A stretch of DNA of 64,000 bases, from positions 12,124 through 76,123 of IMG/VR virus record IMGVR_UViG_3300032053_000042; one strand, given 5' to 3'. The notes under the pieces are model-generated. The model had not been told where the DNA came from. It worked only from the letters and a program-made list of their open reading frames with translations, and ran no database searches. The position numbers and the translations under genes are program-made. This document shows, piece by piece, positions 1 to 9,726 of the stretch. The stretch's first letter is position 1. Each line of letters begins with the position of its first letter. This DNA is from a virus.

Positions 1-59
1 TTACCCTGTGCAGCGCATTGGTCTAGTAAGCTGATAGGTGAAGCAATTCCGCAAAGCAT
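1..59 (-). CDS. N-terminal fragment of a gene running off the window (MLCGIASPISLLDQCAAQG...); product unknown, lies next in the 7-deazaguanine operon
   Basis: ATG at 59-57 preceded by GGAAGGAG RBS, just after the stop of the QueD-like gene; frame open to the window edge. Confidence 0.5.
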   Translation of the reverse strand, partial: MLCGIASPISLLDQCAAQG

Positions 60-60
60 G

Positions 61-405
61 TTATTCTCCTTCCTTCAGATCAGGCATATATATCGCACCA
101 CACATACCGTCTTCCGAGACTCTAGCTCCTGTGCAAGTCAGGTCAAGATCTAGTGCATACTCATACAAGAACTTAGCCATAGTCTCGCAGCTAGAGCCCT
201 CATTGGCGTCCAAGAAGCTCATCAGCTGCTGTCTACACTGCTCTGCGAGTTCGAGGAACTCAATCTCTCTGTCGTTAACCACGACGATGTTTACCAAGAA
301 CACGAACTCATGCATATGAAGCTTCGACAGATATAGGTACTTCTCAGGAGCGGAGGCCCACCTGTGGAAGCCTATCCACTTTCCAACGACTTGTAGGATG
401 ATCAT
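61..405 (-). CDS. QueD/PTPS-like T-fold protein (divergent phage type)
   Basis: GFHRW...HMHEF...DREIEF...SCETMA...VSEDG pattern of phage 6-pyruvoyl-tetrahydropterin-synthase-like proteins; likely start at 405 (ATGA overlap with upstream stop). Confidence 0.65.
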   Translation of the reverse strand: MIILQVVGKWIGFHRWASAPEKYLYLSKLHMHEFVFLVNIVVVNDREIEFLELAEQCRQQLMSFLDANEGSSCETMAKFLYEYALDLDLTCTGARVSEDGMCGAIYMPDLKEGE

Positions 406-743
406 TTCGGTCCCTCCGTCTCCAGGCGGTGCTCCTCTTGACGACGATAGGCCCACATCATTGCGCAATAGTTCATGATATCCAGCAGTTCGTCGTCGAT
501 CTTTTCCTCGAGGCCAAAGTACTGAAGCTCGGTAGCCTCTTTACGCTGGAGCATAGAAACTAGCCGAGCGCACTTATGAAAGATCATAGTAATAAAGGAC
601 TTCTCACCAAAGCACATCTTCTCCCAGGGAAACATAGCTGCATCGCGTACTACAGAACGATTCGATACGATCTTGTGCGCCTCTTCCAAAGCCCTGTCGA
701 AGTTAATCCAGAACATGTCCAGATCTTGTTGTCGCTTACTCAT
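402..743 (-). CDS. Nucleotide-modification-associated domain 1 (Nmad1/DUF1599-like) protein
   Basis: KCARL...IDDELLDIMNYCAM helical motif; sits among DNA-modification genes. Confidence 0.6.
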   Translation of the reverse strand: MSKRQQDLDMFWINFDRALEEAHKIVSNRSVVRDAAMFPWEKMCFGEKSFITMIFHKCARLVSMLQRKEATELQYFGLEEKIDDELLDIMNYCAMMWAYRRQEEHRLETEGPK

Positions 744-763
744 GTTTCTCCTTTCTACTGTAT

Positions 764-1246
764 CTACTCATACCAACGCATTAACCACTGGTCCGGAGTA
801 CGATCGCCTTTATGATGATTACACATCCAACAGGCTGCTACTAAATTACTTGCTGTCGTGTCACCTCCTAACACTAGTGGCACTACGTGATCGATCACTC
901 TGTAGAATCGTGCGCTGTCTTTAAGGAAAAGTCGACCACAGTAGAAGCACTTGCGCTTTCGAAGTAACTCGCCTAGCTCTTCTCGAGTTAACTTCATTAC
1001 TCGGTTAGCTTGTTTAGTTCGGTACACGAGCCCACTCCATATGGTAGTCACTTTCCCTGTAGGAGTCGCACGATACTTTTTACCTTTGCTAGCAACCGCT
1101 TCAGCTGCTACGCACTTCTTACAAAGGGTCTGCTTCCTATCTTCCGCTATTTCAGAAGGTCCAAAGTCAAGCCTCATCAACTTCTTCTGACAGCGAGGAC
1201 ATATCTTAGATAGATACTCATCCTTCCAAGATCGCTTACATGGCAT
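764..1246 (-). CDS. HNH endonuclease with N-terminal Zn finger
   Basis: CFYCG...IDHVVPLVLGG...SNLVAACWMCNHHKG. Confidence 0.9.
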   Translation of the reverse strand: MPCKRSWKDEYLSKICPRCQKKLMRLDFGPSEIAEDRKQTLCKKCVAAEAVASKGKKYRATPTGKVTTIWSGLVYRTKQANRVMKLTREELGELLRKRKCFYCGRLFLKDSARFYRVIDHVVPLVLGGDTTASNLVAACWMCNHHKGDRTPDQWLMRWYE

Positions 1247-3122
1247 CTAACCAACTCCTTCCTGTAGCTGCGTGCACCTTCAAAGGCGCGTCCAACTTAT
1301 AAGGGCTCACCATAGCTTCAGAGACTAGCTTTGTAGTCGCTTCAACCTCGTCCACAGGTACCTCGAGTAATAGCTCATCATGAACTTGTAGAACCATACG
1401 ACTATGCAGACCCGAACGCTGTAGCTCTCGATCTACAGTAATCATCGCTATTTTCATAATGTCTGCAGCCATTCCTTGGATCGGCATATTTATGGCCGCT
1501 CGCTCTGCCGAGCGACGTAGACCGGGAGGCGTATTAGAGCTCGGTAACAGCTCAGGAAAATAGCGCTTACGCCCGAGCAACGTTTGCACATATCCATGAG
1601 CCCGAGCGTACTGCACTGTGTTACGAAAGTAATCTCGTACTCGAACAAAGCGTGAGAAGTAAGCCTCAATGAATTGTCTTGCCTCCTGTACGCTTCGTTC
1701 TGTACGTTCTGCTAGTCCTTGCTCGGAGATACCGTACATAAGCCCGAAATATATTCGCTTCGCTAGGGTACGCTGTGCATAAGTCACCTCCTTGAGTGGG
1801 ATGTTAAAGAGCTCCGATGCGGTACTAGTATGTACGTCAACTCCTGCAGCAAAGGCAGCTAGTAACTTAGGATCCTGCGTGATGTGCGCCAAAATACGTG
1901 GCTCTATTTGCGTATAATCACAACTCAGTAGTACGTGACCTTCTGGTGCTATAAACGCACCTCTGATTCTACGGCCTAAGTCTGTGCGCGTTGGTACCTG
2001 CTGCAAGTTCGGATGGCTCGATGAAAGCCTTCCGGTACGAGTACCAGTCTGATTTAGTGAAGTATGTACACGCCCTGTGCTAGGATTAACTAGTAAGGGT
2101 AGAGCGTCGATGTAGGTAGTCATCAACTTGGATAGCTGGCGCTGTTCCAGGATAGGTCCAATGATCGAATGCTTACCCTTTAGGAATGTCAGGACTCGGA
2201 TACTCGTCGAGAAGTCGCCACGATATCCCGACAGACCTAGCTCACCAAAGAGCACCTTACCTAACTGCACAGGTGAGTTGATATTAAACTTATGGCCAGC
2301 TATTTGATGGATCTGTTCTTCGGTGTTCTTTAGCTCCTGTCTCAATTCTACTCCCATCGTTCGTAGATAGGGCTGATCAATAATCATCCCATACGTCTCC
2401 ATACGCTTGAGGACCTGTATTAGAGGCATCTCTATCTCATTGAACAGTCTACGTTCTGGCTCCTGCTCGACTAGAGGTTGGAGTGCCTGCATCAAGCGTA
2501 AGGTCATATCGACATCGGCGCAGGCGTAGCGAGCTACTCTAGTGGTACTAATCAGATCCATACCATAGCCAGGACCTAGAAGCTCGTCGATCGATGTCAT
2601 TGTACACCCCAGGCGTCGAAGAGCCTGGTCCTTCAGGCCTAGGTGATGTGCTACTGACTCGACCAGCCATGCAGCGATCATAGTATCGAACACAGGCCCT
2701 CCTAGAGGTAGGCCATGTCTTTCGAGAATTTTCATGTCGAACTTGATATTGTGTCCGACCTTACCGATGCCCTCACTAGCTAGTACAGGCCCAAGACGAG
2801 CCTGTACTAGCTCAAGGGAAAGTTGCTGACCAAGATGTATCAGCGTACTGTGCCCGACTGGTAGATAGAACGCAGTCCCTGGCTCGCGCGATAGGGAGAT
2901 GCCAACTAGCTTATCGATCATGGCATTAGTACCTGTGGTTTCGGTGTCTACAGCTAGCCCCTGTGCTCCACGTAAGTACTCGAGTAGCTGGTCCAAGGCT
3001 TGCTCAGTGTCTACTATTTGGTAGGCACCAAACCCTCGGATGTCGCTTACGTCGTTGGGCCACAAGGGCAGCTGGATATAGCCCTGGCGAGACATCTTAA
3101 GCTTATTAGGTCGCTTGGCCAT
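1236..3122 (-). CDS. polA: DNA polymerase family A (3'-5' exonuclease plus polymerase, no 5' nuclease)
   Basis: Exo I DTETT, HNIKFD, YACAD; motifs TGRLSS, DYTQIEPR, KRIYFGLMYG, QVHDEL; start at MAKRP or 3137. Confidence 0.95.
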   Translation of the reverse strand: MAKRPNKLKMSRQGYIQLPLWPNDVSDIRGFGAYQIVDTEQALDQLLEYLRGAQGLAVDTETTGTNAMIDKLVGISLSREPGTAFYLPVGHSTLIHLGQQLSLELVQARLGPVLASEGIGKVGHNIKFDMKILERHGLPLGGPVFDTMIAAWLVESVAHHLGLKDQALRRLGCTMTSIDELLGPGYGMDLISTTRVARYACADVDMTLRLMQALQPLVEQEPERRLFNEIEMPLIQVLKRMETYGMIIDQPYLRTMGVELRQELKNTEEQIHQIAGHKFNINSPVQLGKVLFGELGLSGYRGDFSTSIRVLTFLKGKHSIIGPILEQRQLSKLMTTYIDALPLLVNPSTGRVHTSLNQTGTRTGRLSSSHPNLQQVPTRTDLGRRIRGAFIAPEGHVLLSCDYTQIEPRILAHITQDPKLLAAFAAGVDVHTSTASELFNIPLKEVTYAQRTLAKRIYFGLMYGISEQGLAERTERSVQEARQFIEAYFSRFVRVRDYFRNTVQYARAHGYVQTLLGRKRYFPELLPSSNTPPGLRRSAERAAINMPIQGMAADIMKIAMITVDRELQRSGLHSRMVLQVHDELLLEVPVDEVEATTKLVSEAMVSPYKLDAPLKVHAATGRSWLDAM

Positions 3123-3123
3123 G

Positions 3124-3447
3124 TTATCGCTCCACATCCGGAACGTAGACTAGATGGCCCTTCGACATATCTATTAGGACGCTACGCGCTGGCCAGCCGT
3201 ATATGAGAATAGCATAGTCACCTTCAATACCATCGACTCCGCCAAACCCTTCATCTAGTACTTGGTATGAAACACCCTCCGGAGCAGATAGAATTATCCT
3301 TCCTTCGCTCTCTGTAGGAGGTGTAGTCGTAACGTGCACTATTCTTCGTTCAGGCCACTTGACTGGCTTACAGCTATCTCCTGGGCGAGGGCTAACATGA
3401 ATGACTCCTGGCAGTTCGTGTAAATACTTATTAAGAGCGTCGCTCAT
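3124..3447 (-). CDS. hypothetical protein
   Basis: ORF with GGAGG RBS, tightly packed between folE and polA. Confidence 0.6.
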   Translation of the reverse strand: MSDALNKYLHELPGVIHVSPRPGDSCKPVKWPERRIVHVTTTPPTESEGRIILSAPEGVSYQVLDEGFGGVDGIEGDYAILIYGWPARSVLIDMSKGHLVYVPDVER

Positions 3448-3450
3448 TCG

Positions 3451-4062
3451 CTACCTCCGTAGGCTGGACTGATGAACGAGACTCATGAACTCGTTACGAA
3501 CTGCTACCTTTGAGAAGCACCCACGAAAGCCACTAGTGACTGTGAGATGCCCTGGACGCTCCACTCCACGAATGGCCATGCACATGTGCTCAGCTTCGAT
3601 CATTACTCCTACGCCATGCGGATGTAGCTGCTCCCACATAAACGTCGCGATCTTAGATGTTAGATCCTCTTGTATGGATAGTCGATGGGCGTAGTGGTCT
3701 ACAATACGAACTATCTTACTGATACCGCACACCGATAGCCACGGTAGATAGCCTACATGAGCATAGCCTACGTACGGTAGGCAGTGGTGTGCACATATCG
3801 ACGCGAACTGGATATGAGTGACAGTTACCATTCCTGGGTCGTCACCGCGTCCTACCGGGAATACTGTAAAGTCGATGGGTTCCTGCTGCTTGGATAGGAA
3901 CTCGATCATAGCGTCCGCAGCTCGCACTGCTGTGTTTTTGCCACTGGGACCGCTACACATAGCGGGAATCTCTTCAATCTTGTATCCCAGAGCGTAGAGA
4001 AAGTCCTCGTAGGCCTTAATAGCTGCACCACGAGCGATACCGAGCGTTGGTTTGATTGTCAT
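3451..4062 (-). CDS. folE: GTP cyclohydrolase I
   Basis: SICAHHCLPYVG, GISKIVR, IQEDLT, EAEHMCMAIRGV Zn-binding motifs. Confidence 0.95.
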   Translation of the reverse strand: MTIKPTLGIARGAAIKAYEDFLYALGYKIEEIPAMCSGPSGKNTAVRAADAMIEFLSKQQEPIDFTVFPVGRGDDPGMVTVTHIQFASICAHHCLPYVGYAHVGYLPWLSVCGISKIVRIVDHYAHRLSIQEDLTSKIATFMWEQLHPHGVGVMIEAEHMCMAIRGVERPGHLTVTSGFRGCFSKVAVRNEFMSLVHQSSLRR

Positions 4063-4532
4063 AAGTATAGCTCCTGTGGTACATCGACCTCCACCCAACA
4101 GTCAGGGGTCTCCGATATTCGTACCATTACAAGTCGAACTGGATGGTAGACTTGCATCCTTGCCCTTAGCATGGTGATAATCTCCTTAGCCATATTCTCA
4201 GCCGTTGGTGACTGAGAATGAAACTCGATGCAGTCGTTTAACAACTTATGATCGTAGTGAGCCTTTACCACCTCGAAGAGCCCCTTTAGTACACTGAAGT
4301 CTATAACCATTCCGTTCTTCAGAGGCCCTGCGACGCATACTTCGATAATGTAGTTGTGTCCATGCACGTTCCCGCAATGTGGATGACCTGGCAAAAAGTG
4401 TGCACAGCTGATAACGAAGCGCCTCCATACTCGTACCTCAGAAGCCTTTGTGTACCTTACTTCTTCCTGTTGCATCATAAGTGTTCCCAGCGAGATTGGT
4501 GTCTTTGAAGTCGACTCTGATACTTGTTCCAT
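4059..4532 (-). CDS. queD: 6-carboxy-5,6,7,8-tetrahydropterin synthase
   Basis: CAHFLP...CGNVHGHNY, GMVIDF, DHKLLND, PTAENMA, ISET. Confidence 0.93.
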   Translation of the reverse strand: MEQVSESTSKTPISLGTLMMQQEEVRYTKASEVRVWRRFVISCAHFLPGHPHCGNVHGHNYIIEVCVAGPLKNGMVIDFSVLKGLFEVVKAHYDHKLLNDCIEFHSQSPTAENMAKEIITMLRARMQVYHPVRLVMVRISETPDCWVEVDVPQELYL

Positions 4533-4544
4533 GTTTCTCCTTTC

Positions 4545-5171
4545 CTACCTTATTCCAATGAACTTATGTAACTGGACGCTCAAACGCCAGTTCTTCTTGA
4601 TACACTCCTCGTAGCACAGCTTAGTAGCCGAGGAATCTTGGCTCTCGGGCTGCAAGCAGATCGTTGCGTGTCCACGAAGAATGTGCTGGAGGTGGTCAAT
4701 AAGAAACTGATTTACCAGGTCGAGATCCTCCTGAAAGCCTACGACAAACTTCAGCTCATCCGCCGTAAGTAAATTCGGGATAAGTATCCTGTTCCCGCCA
4801 GGAACATTAAGCTTAGGCGAGATGCAAACCCAGTCTATCCCACGAGGAATGGGAAGAGTACCGTTCGTTTCCAGAGCGGTGTTCCTCCCGATTGCATTTA
4901 GCTCGCTACACAGCTCGTCGAGAGGTTGCATGGTTGGCTCTCCTCCCGTGATCATCACCCACTGGATACCTGGAAACTCTTTAACCTTCTCCACGATGGT
5001 TTCCACGTCCATTGCTACTCCACCCTTAGACCAAGTATACTTGGTATCGCAGAAACTACAGGTCAAGTTACACCCTTGCATTCGTATGATAACCATAGGA
5101 ATGCCTGTATTACACCCCTCTCCCTGGACGGCACTGTAAATCTCGTTAATCTGATAGTAGAAACTAGGCAT
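4545..5171 (-). CDS. queE: 7-carboxy-7-deazaguanine synthase (radical SAM)
   Basis: EIYSAVQGEG, GCNLTCSFCDT, ITGGEP, LETNG, SPK, WRLSVQLHK. Confidence 0.95.
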   Translation of the reverse strand: MPSFYYQINEIYSAVQGEGCNTGIPMVIIRMQGCNLTCSFCDTKYTWSKGGVAMDVETIVEKVKEFPGIQWVMITGGEPTMQPLDELCSELNAIGRNTALETNGTLPIPRGIDWVCISPKLNVPGGNRILIPNLLTADELKFVVGFQEDLDLVNQFLIDHLQHILRGHATICLQPESQDSSATKLCYEECIKKNWRLSVQLHKFIGIR

Positions 5172-5185
5172 GTTCCTCCTTTACT

Positions 5186-7669
5186 TCACTGGACGTCTAA
5201 TGTAATCTCACTGAAAGGGCGTAACCTCTTCGGAACATCTAAGCCCTCAAGCTCGGCCTGCTCTACCTTCACTCCTACGCATCGCTGAGTACGTGATCCC
5301 GTGCCGATGTATTGCTCTGGCATTATGTAGGAGCCTTGAAGTTCTCGAAGCTGCGATCGCACGGCTTGAATTTGCAACAGTATACGCCCCTCTCTTCGGC
5401 GTTTAGCAGCCCACCATCCCCATGCGCCAGTTAGGTGGAACCATAAAATGTTCTGCTGTACGTCGTAGTACAGGAAGTATGCTGGCATTGGTGGAATCTG
5501 GCTGGCATAGGCGACCACGTCCTCGATAAAGTCGTCGACCAGGATTCGGGTACGTCCTGAAGTCGAGCTCACTAAGGTCCGCTCAAGGATATGTTTCCAC
5601 GTCTCGCCTAAAACTTCCATCTGTGTTCCATTATACTCCATTGCGTGCGCGTTATACATCTTCAGGCCACACAGGACCACAGCTAGGTTACGTCGTATTC
5701 TATCAGGCATCGACATTGGTAGCAGCATCTGAAGATCAGCAAGAGCTGTATCGAACATCAACTTCACCGAGCTCGAGGTCTCCCGAAGAGTTCGCTGGAT
5801 ATAGCGACCTGCAAAGTCTACAAGGCGTAGACGCGTCAAGGCTAGGAAGGCCTTATACGTTGCACTACCCTCCTGACAAGGACCTAAGCTCATATTCACT
5901 ACCACAGAGCGCTCTCGTATTGCAGGATCGCTAAAGGCGTCCTCTCCATCCACACTAAAAGGAGCGTCAAGATCGTAGCTTTGTGTCGTCTGATCAGGCC
6001 TACCACGAGAGTCTCGACCTACGTCATAAGCGCGTCGTGCTACATCTAGGAACTCTTCTTGGCCGTGAGCTGCTGTATCTCTGAACTCCCCGAAGGAGAT
6101 AGGTACAGCATTCGTACTAGCCATCATTGACAGCAGCACGAACATCCGTGTCTTCGACGGGTAAGCTCTTGGCTCCTTCCAGCCTACGAGAGGCTGTAGA
6201 ACTCGTAACAAGGTACTTGACTTTCCACTACCTTGTGTTCCATAGACGTTAAGGATAGGAAACCTCTCTCCAGCTTCCTGCAGAAGCCCTTTAATCGGTG
6301 CAGCGAAGAACCATCCTACCATAGGTGCTATTACTTCCAGGTAGTTGATCTGTGGAAGGAGCTCGGTTATGGCCTTTACAAGCTTTCTATACTCATCTGC
6401 TGGTGGAAAGGTATATACTACACTAGGAGTCTCTCTACCGCTGGAGAGAAAGACATATGGAGCTTCGTCACTAGGATACACAGTCTCCGCATCGAACACG
6501 CATTCGGGAGCGACCCATAGGTTCTCGTGCCGTCCTATGACTGATACTCCATGTGCGTGTGGTAAGCCAATATCATATAGCTGATCCATAAGATGAGGTA
6601 GCCAAGCTTTTACCTCTCGATCGCTAGCTAGCCACTGCCACGAAGCTACGTGCAGATGCCTTCCTAACGCGTTTACACTATTGAACGCCGACTTAGGAAG
6701 CGCTACGCCTGACCATGTAAAGTTATGTGAGGTGATGTCACCCAAGATCTGATCCTCGCTATCGTTGCCGTCGACCTTAATCAGCTTACGTGGCTTGAAG
6801 ATAAAGGTTGCGACCTTCATAACTCCCTTGGAGGTCTTGTAGCATAGCTCTCCATCCTGCTCTATGAAGTCTGCCACTGCAGCTACCTTTGGTTTCTGTA
6901 GTCGTGCAGACTCAATTGTACGGTCTAGGTACTGGTCTCCTCCACGCTCTGTATATCGATCTCCTACAGGTAATATCTGAAACAGGGTGTGGATACCGCT
7001 CTCAGAGACACTCACATGTAGGAACTCCTTTACTGCCCAGAAGTCCCTCTCGCTGCGAGACTTAAATCCTTGATTGCCGCCTTGCCAAAGCTTCTTAACT
7101 ACGAGCTTGGATAGCGTCGTCAGAGCCAACACATCCGAGGCCTTGTAGATAGCTCTCTCGTTCGTAGACTTCATTGTCACAGGTACTGGGTGTTCAGGGA
7201 CCTTATAGTTAGTAGTACCAGGCACCCGTAGTATCCACTTTGCGTTGTAAGTCCTTCCGCCTGCTCCAGCTCCGTGCGCCTGCCATAAGGCTCTCATTAG
7301 TTCGCCAGCTCTCTCGGAGTCAACAGGTTCAATCAAGTTCCAGTATAAGTGATATCCGTGCCCACTCGCTACCTGATAAGTAAATGGAACAGGTGGACTT
7401 CCGCACAGCTTGTCTAGCTCGCCCTCAGGAAAGTCCTTTGAGTCCAGGTCTAGCCACACCACGGGAACCCTGGTAACTTTTTCTACGTCCGTTAAGGCTC
7501 TTGGCGCCACACCGAAGTACGCATCGCCCTTTTCCTCGTTCATTGAAGCTGCAATAGCTAAGGCTTCCGGTACGCTTCGGGCCAGCCTACGCCTGTGAGG
7601 GGTAGGCGAGAAGACGAGAATCCCTTCCTCAGCTGTTAGGTCGCTGAAGATCGCTTCCAACAGTCCCAT
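5186..7669 (-). CDS. Primase-helicase (RepB-like AEP primase N-terminus, P-loop helicase C-terminus)
   Basis: WLDLD, SGHGYHLYW, LRVPGTTNYK; Walker A GTQGSGKS. Confidence 0.85.
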   Translation of the reverse strand: MGLLEAIFSDLTAEEGILVFSPTPHRRRLARSVPEALAIAASMNEEKGDAYFGVAPRALTDVEKVTRVPVVWLDLDSKDFPEGELDKLCGSPPVPFTYQVASGHGYHLYWNLIEPVDSERAGELMRALWQAHGAGAGGRTYNAKWILRVPGTTNYKVPEHPVPVTMKSTNERAIYKASDVLALTTLSKLVVKKLWQGGNQGFKSRSERDFWAVKEFLHVSVSESGIHTLFQILPVGDRYTERGGDQYLDRTIESARLQKPKVAAVADFIEQDGELCYKTSKGVMKVATFIFKPRKLIKVDGNDSEDQILGDITSHNFTWSGVALPKSAFNSVNALGRHLHVASWQWLASDREVKAWLPHLMDQLYDIGLPHAHGVSVIGRHENLWVAPECVFDAETVYPSDEAPYVFLSSGRETPSVVYTFPPADEYRKLVKAITELLPQINYLEVIAPMVGWFFAAPIKGLLQEAGERFPILNVYGTQGSGKSSTLLRVLQPLVGWKEPRAYPSKTRMFVLLSMMASTNAVPISFGEFRDTAAHGQEEFLDVARRAYDVGRDSRGRPDQTTQSYDLDAPFSVDGEDAFSDPAIRERSVVVNMSLGPCQEGSATYKAFLALTRLRLVDFAGRYIQRTLRETSSSVKLMFDTALADLQMLLPMSMPDRIRRNLAVVLCGLKMYNAHAMEYNGTQMEVLGETWKHILERTLVSSTSGRTRILVDDFIEDVVAYASQIPPMPAYFLYYDVQQNILWFHLTGAWGWWAAKRRREGRILLQIQAVRSQLRELQGSYIMPEQYIGTGSRTQRCVGVKVEQAELEGLDVPKRLRPFSEITLDVQ

Positions 7670-7671
7670 AG

Positions 7672-8598
7672 CTACGCCAACGTTCGAAGTCGCTGGTTGA
7701 TACGCTCACAGAGTTCTAGGTTGGTCTGTGTTACTTGAGCTGTATAAACCCATGCCGCAAGTCGAGCTGCCTTGCTATGAACGATATCCAGCTTCAGGAC
7801 GTCTCCGTCTAGCTCTGAGCAATCAGTCTCTATCATAACTATAGGAGCGTTTCCATCCTCTTCGAATCGCTCTGGAGGTAGCTCAGCCTTAGGAGTCATC
7901 CAGGCGACGCAGCTCTCCCTCGTCCTAGGATTGGTCATCCATGAAGTATCCGGTAGTGGTAGGCTGAGCGCCTCCTCTACCGTCATCATACGATCGCCGT
8001 GCATAGGCGGTGACCATACGTTCTTTTTGCCGCTCCCAGCAGTCCAGCCCAGATAGGTTTCCTGGATCGCCTTCAGATAGACCTGGCCTGTTAAGCGTGC
8101 ATCCTGTGCTACGTATTTCAATACGCGCTTTTGTTCCTCGAGGCTTTTACGCCATAGAATAGGAGCCATGGCTCCGCTCAGGCCTCCTAGCTTTCCTCCT
8201 AGATCAGCGCCCTTAGCGGCGGCATCTAGGCCGATCATAAAGCCTTTAGTACACAACATTAGGAACGCTGGGTCGATGCTGTGCAAAGCCAGACTTCTAC
8301 AGTCGTCGAAGAGTCCACTCTCTTGAGCTAGGATAGGCCAGTCGAAACCTGTACCGTTCCAGGTAACGATGATGTCGCCTAGATGCCAGCGCTCCAGTAG
8401 TAGGTTAACGAGCGCAACGGCTCCGAACTTCTCAATCTGTAGTGCGTGCATCCCTCCTTCTTCTAGAGGCTCACCATATGTTACTGTAGCTGCTCCACGT
8501 TCGGAGCTCCACAGAGCGGCGCAGATGATATGAGTGCCCGACAGATCAGTTGTAGCCTCGCACGACGTTTCAATGTCAAAGCCTATGACGTTTGGCAT
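7672..8598 (-). CDS. DnaQ/RNase H-like 3'-5' exonuclease
   Basis: FDIET, TWNGTGFDW, YVAQD (Exo I/II/III). Confidence 0.8.
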   Translation of the reverse strand: MPNVIGFDIETSCEATTDLSGTHIICAALWSSERGAATVTYGEPLEEGGMHALQIEKFGAVALVNLLLERWHLGDIIVTWNGTGFDWPILAQESGLFDDCRSLALHSIDPAFLMLCTKGFMIGLDAAAKGADLGGKLGGLSGAMAPILWRKSLEEQKRVLKYVAQDARLTGQVYLKAIQETYLGWTAGSGKKNVWSPPMHGDRMMTVEEALSLPLPDTSWMTNPRTRESCVAWMTPKAELPPERFEEDGNAPIVMIETDCSELDGDVLKLDIVHSKAARLAAWVYTAQVTQTNLELCERINQRLRTLA

Positions 8599-8999
8599 GA
8601 GTCTCCCTTGTCTACTAGCTTAGCGAAGAAGTCGTCAAGCGCCTGGCGTAGACCAGGCCGCATTACCACAGCATGAGAGGGAGAGTTCTCTATACTAGGA
8701 CTAATAGCTCCTAGAATAATCTGTATGGTCCAAAGCGACGCCGTGAACATCAAGGTCTGTACGCTGTCACAGAAGAGGGCCACTCTACTCCATACTTCCG
8801 CAAGTGCCCCTTCGGTAGGATGTCGCCAGACAATCTGTAAGTAGAAGAAGTGGTTATCCGGTACCGCCTGAATGTTCATGACGATGTCGCCTCTGACTTT
8901 ATTGTCGACCTTAACTTCACTGACCCAGCTCGTCTTGTCTGCCTGTATGTTCCATAGAATTGCGAGATCGGGTCCGAGTGTAGGTTCTGATTGCTCCAT
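8583..8999 (-). CDS. hypothetical protein
   Basis: ORF with GAGGAGG RBS, overlaps the next gene. Confidence 0.6.
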   Translation of the reverse strand: MEQSEPTLGPDLAILWNIQADKTSWVSEVKVDNKVRGDIVMNIQAVPDNHFFYLQIVWRHPTEGALAEVWSRVALFCDSVQTLMFTASLWTIQIILGAISPSIENSPSHAVVMRPGLRQALDDFFAKLVDKGDSCQTS

Positions 9000-9014
9000 A
9001 ATACCTCCTCATAA

Positions 9015-9084
9015 GGGCTTAGGACTAGTCTTGATGGTTTGTGCTAACCTTAGCTGTTCCAGAGCAAGCTCTAGCCCTAAGCCC
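9015..9084 (-). ncRNA. intergenic structured RNA element (long closing stem around a multibranch interior)
   Basis: GGGCTTAGGGCTAG...CTAGTCCTAAGCCC 14-bp stem (one G-U) enclosing two small hairpins. Confidence 0.4.
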
Positions 9085-9121
9085 GAGTATTAGGCTACTG
9101 GCTAGTACTAGATAGCAAGAC

Positions 9122-9637
9122 CTAGAAGATCGAGTCGGTCTTAGCCTCGGCGACTGGATCGTCGGCGCCCGCAACACCTCCGTCTGAAAACGGAGCCGCA
9201 GGATCTGTCGTCATCTCGGCAGGTACCTTGTCGATAGACATGACTTTCGTTACACGATTGCGAAGCTCACCTTCGTAAGTCTGTGTTCCGATTCGAACTC
9301 CACAGGTCTGGTCGAGAAGGACCATCGGATTTAAGTGGACCGGACCTTTGAGATCCGACATCGGAAAGCCTAGTCCTACCAAGACGCTCTGGAGGATTCC
9401 GCGAGCCTGGCCTTGTAGCGAGACCACGAAGAACTGCTTTCGGCCTACATACTTTGCTGGACCGAGCAGCTCGAACGTGAAGTACAGAGCTGGAGCCCCA
9501 CTACTCGCGGAGTTCTTAACGTTGACCTCGTCTACCCGCGCGGGATAGATTCCCTCTGGGATTAGTCGAGTCTCCTCTACCCCGGTGAAGTCAATATCGA
9601 CCGCGCCATCGGTGTCAATGATTGTATCTTGTGGCAT
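9122..9637 (-). CDS. DUF669-type single-stranded DNA-binding protein
   Basis: IDFTGVEE..LIPEGIYPARVDEV...YEGELRNRV, acidic tail ending DSIF; adjacent to Sak4-like ATPase. Confidence 0.8.
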   Translation of the reverse strand: MPQDTIIDTDGAVDIDFTGVEETRLIPEGIYPARVDEVNVKNSASSGAPALYFTFELLGPAKYVGRKQFFVVSLQGQARGILQSVLVGLGFPMSDLKGPVHLNPMVLLDQTCGVRIGTQTYEGELRNRVTKVMSIDKVPAEMTTDPAAPFSDGGVAGADDPVAEAKTDSIF

Positions 9638-9726
9638 TGTTGTCTCCTTTTCTAAACGATTATAGATTCGCAACGCTGTTCCATCCCTAATACAAGTCGC
9701 TCAGAACAAAATAACCACCTCCTTTC

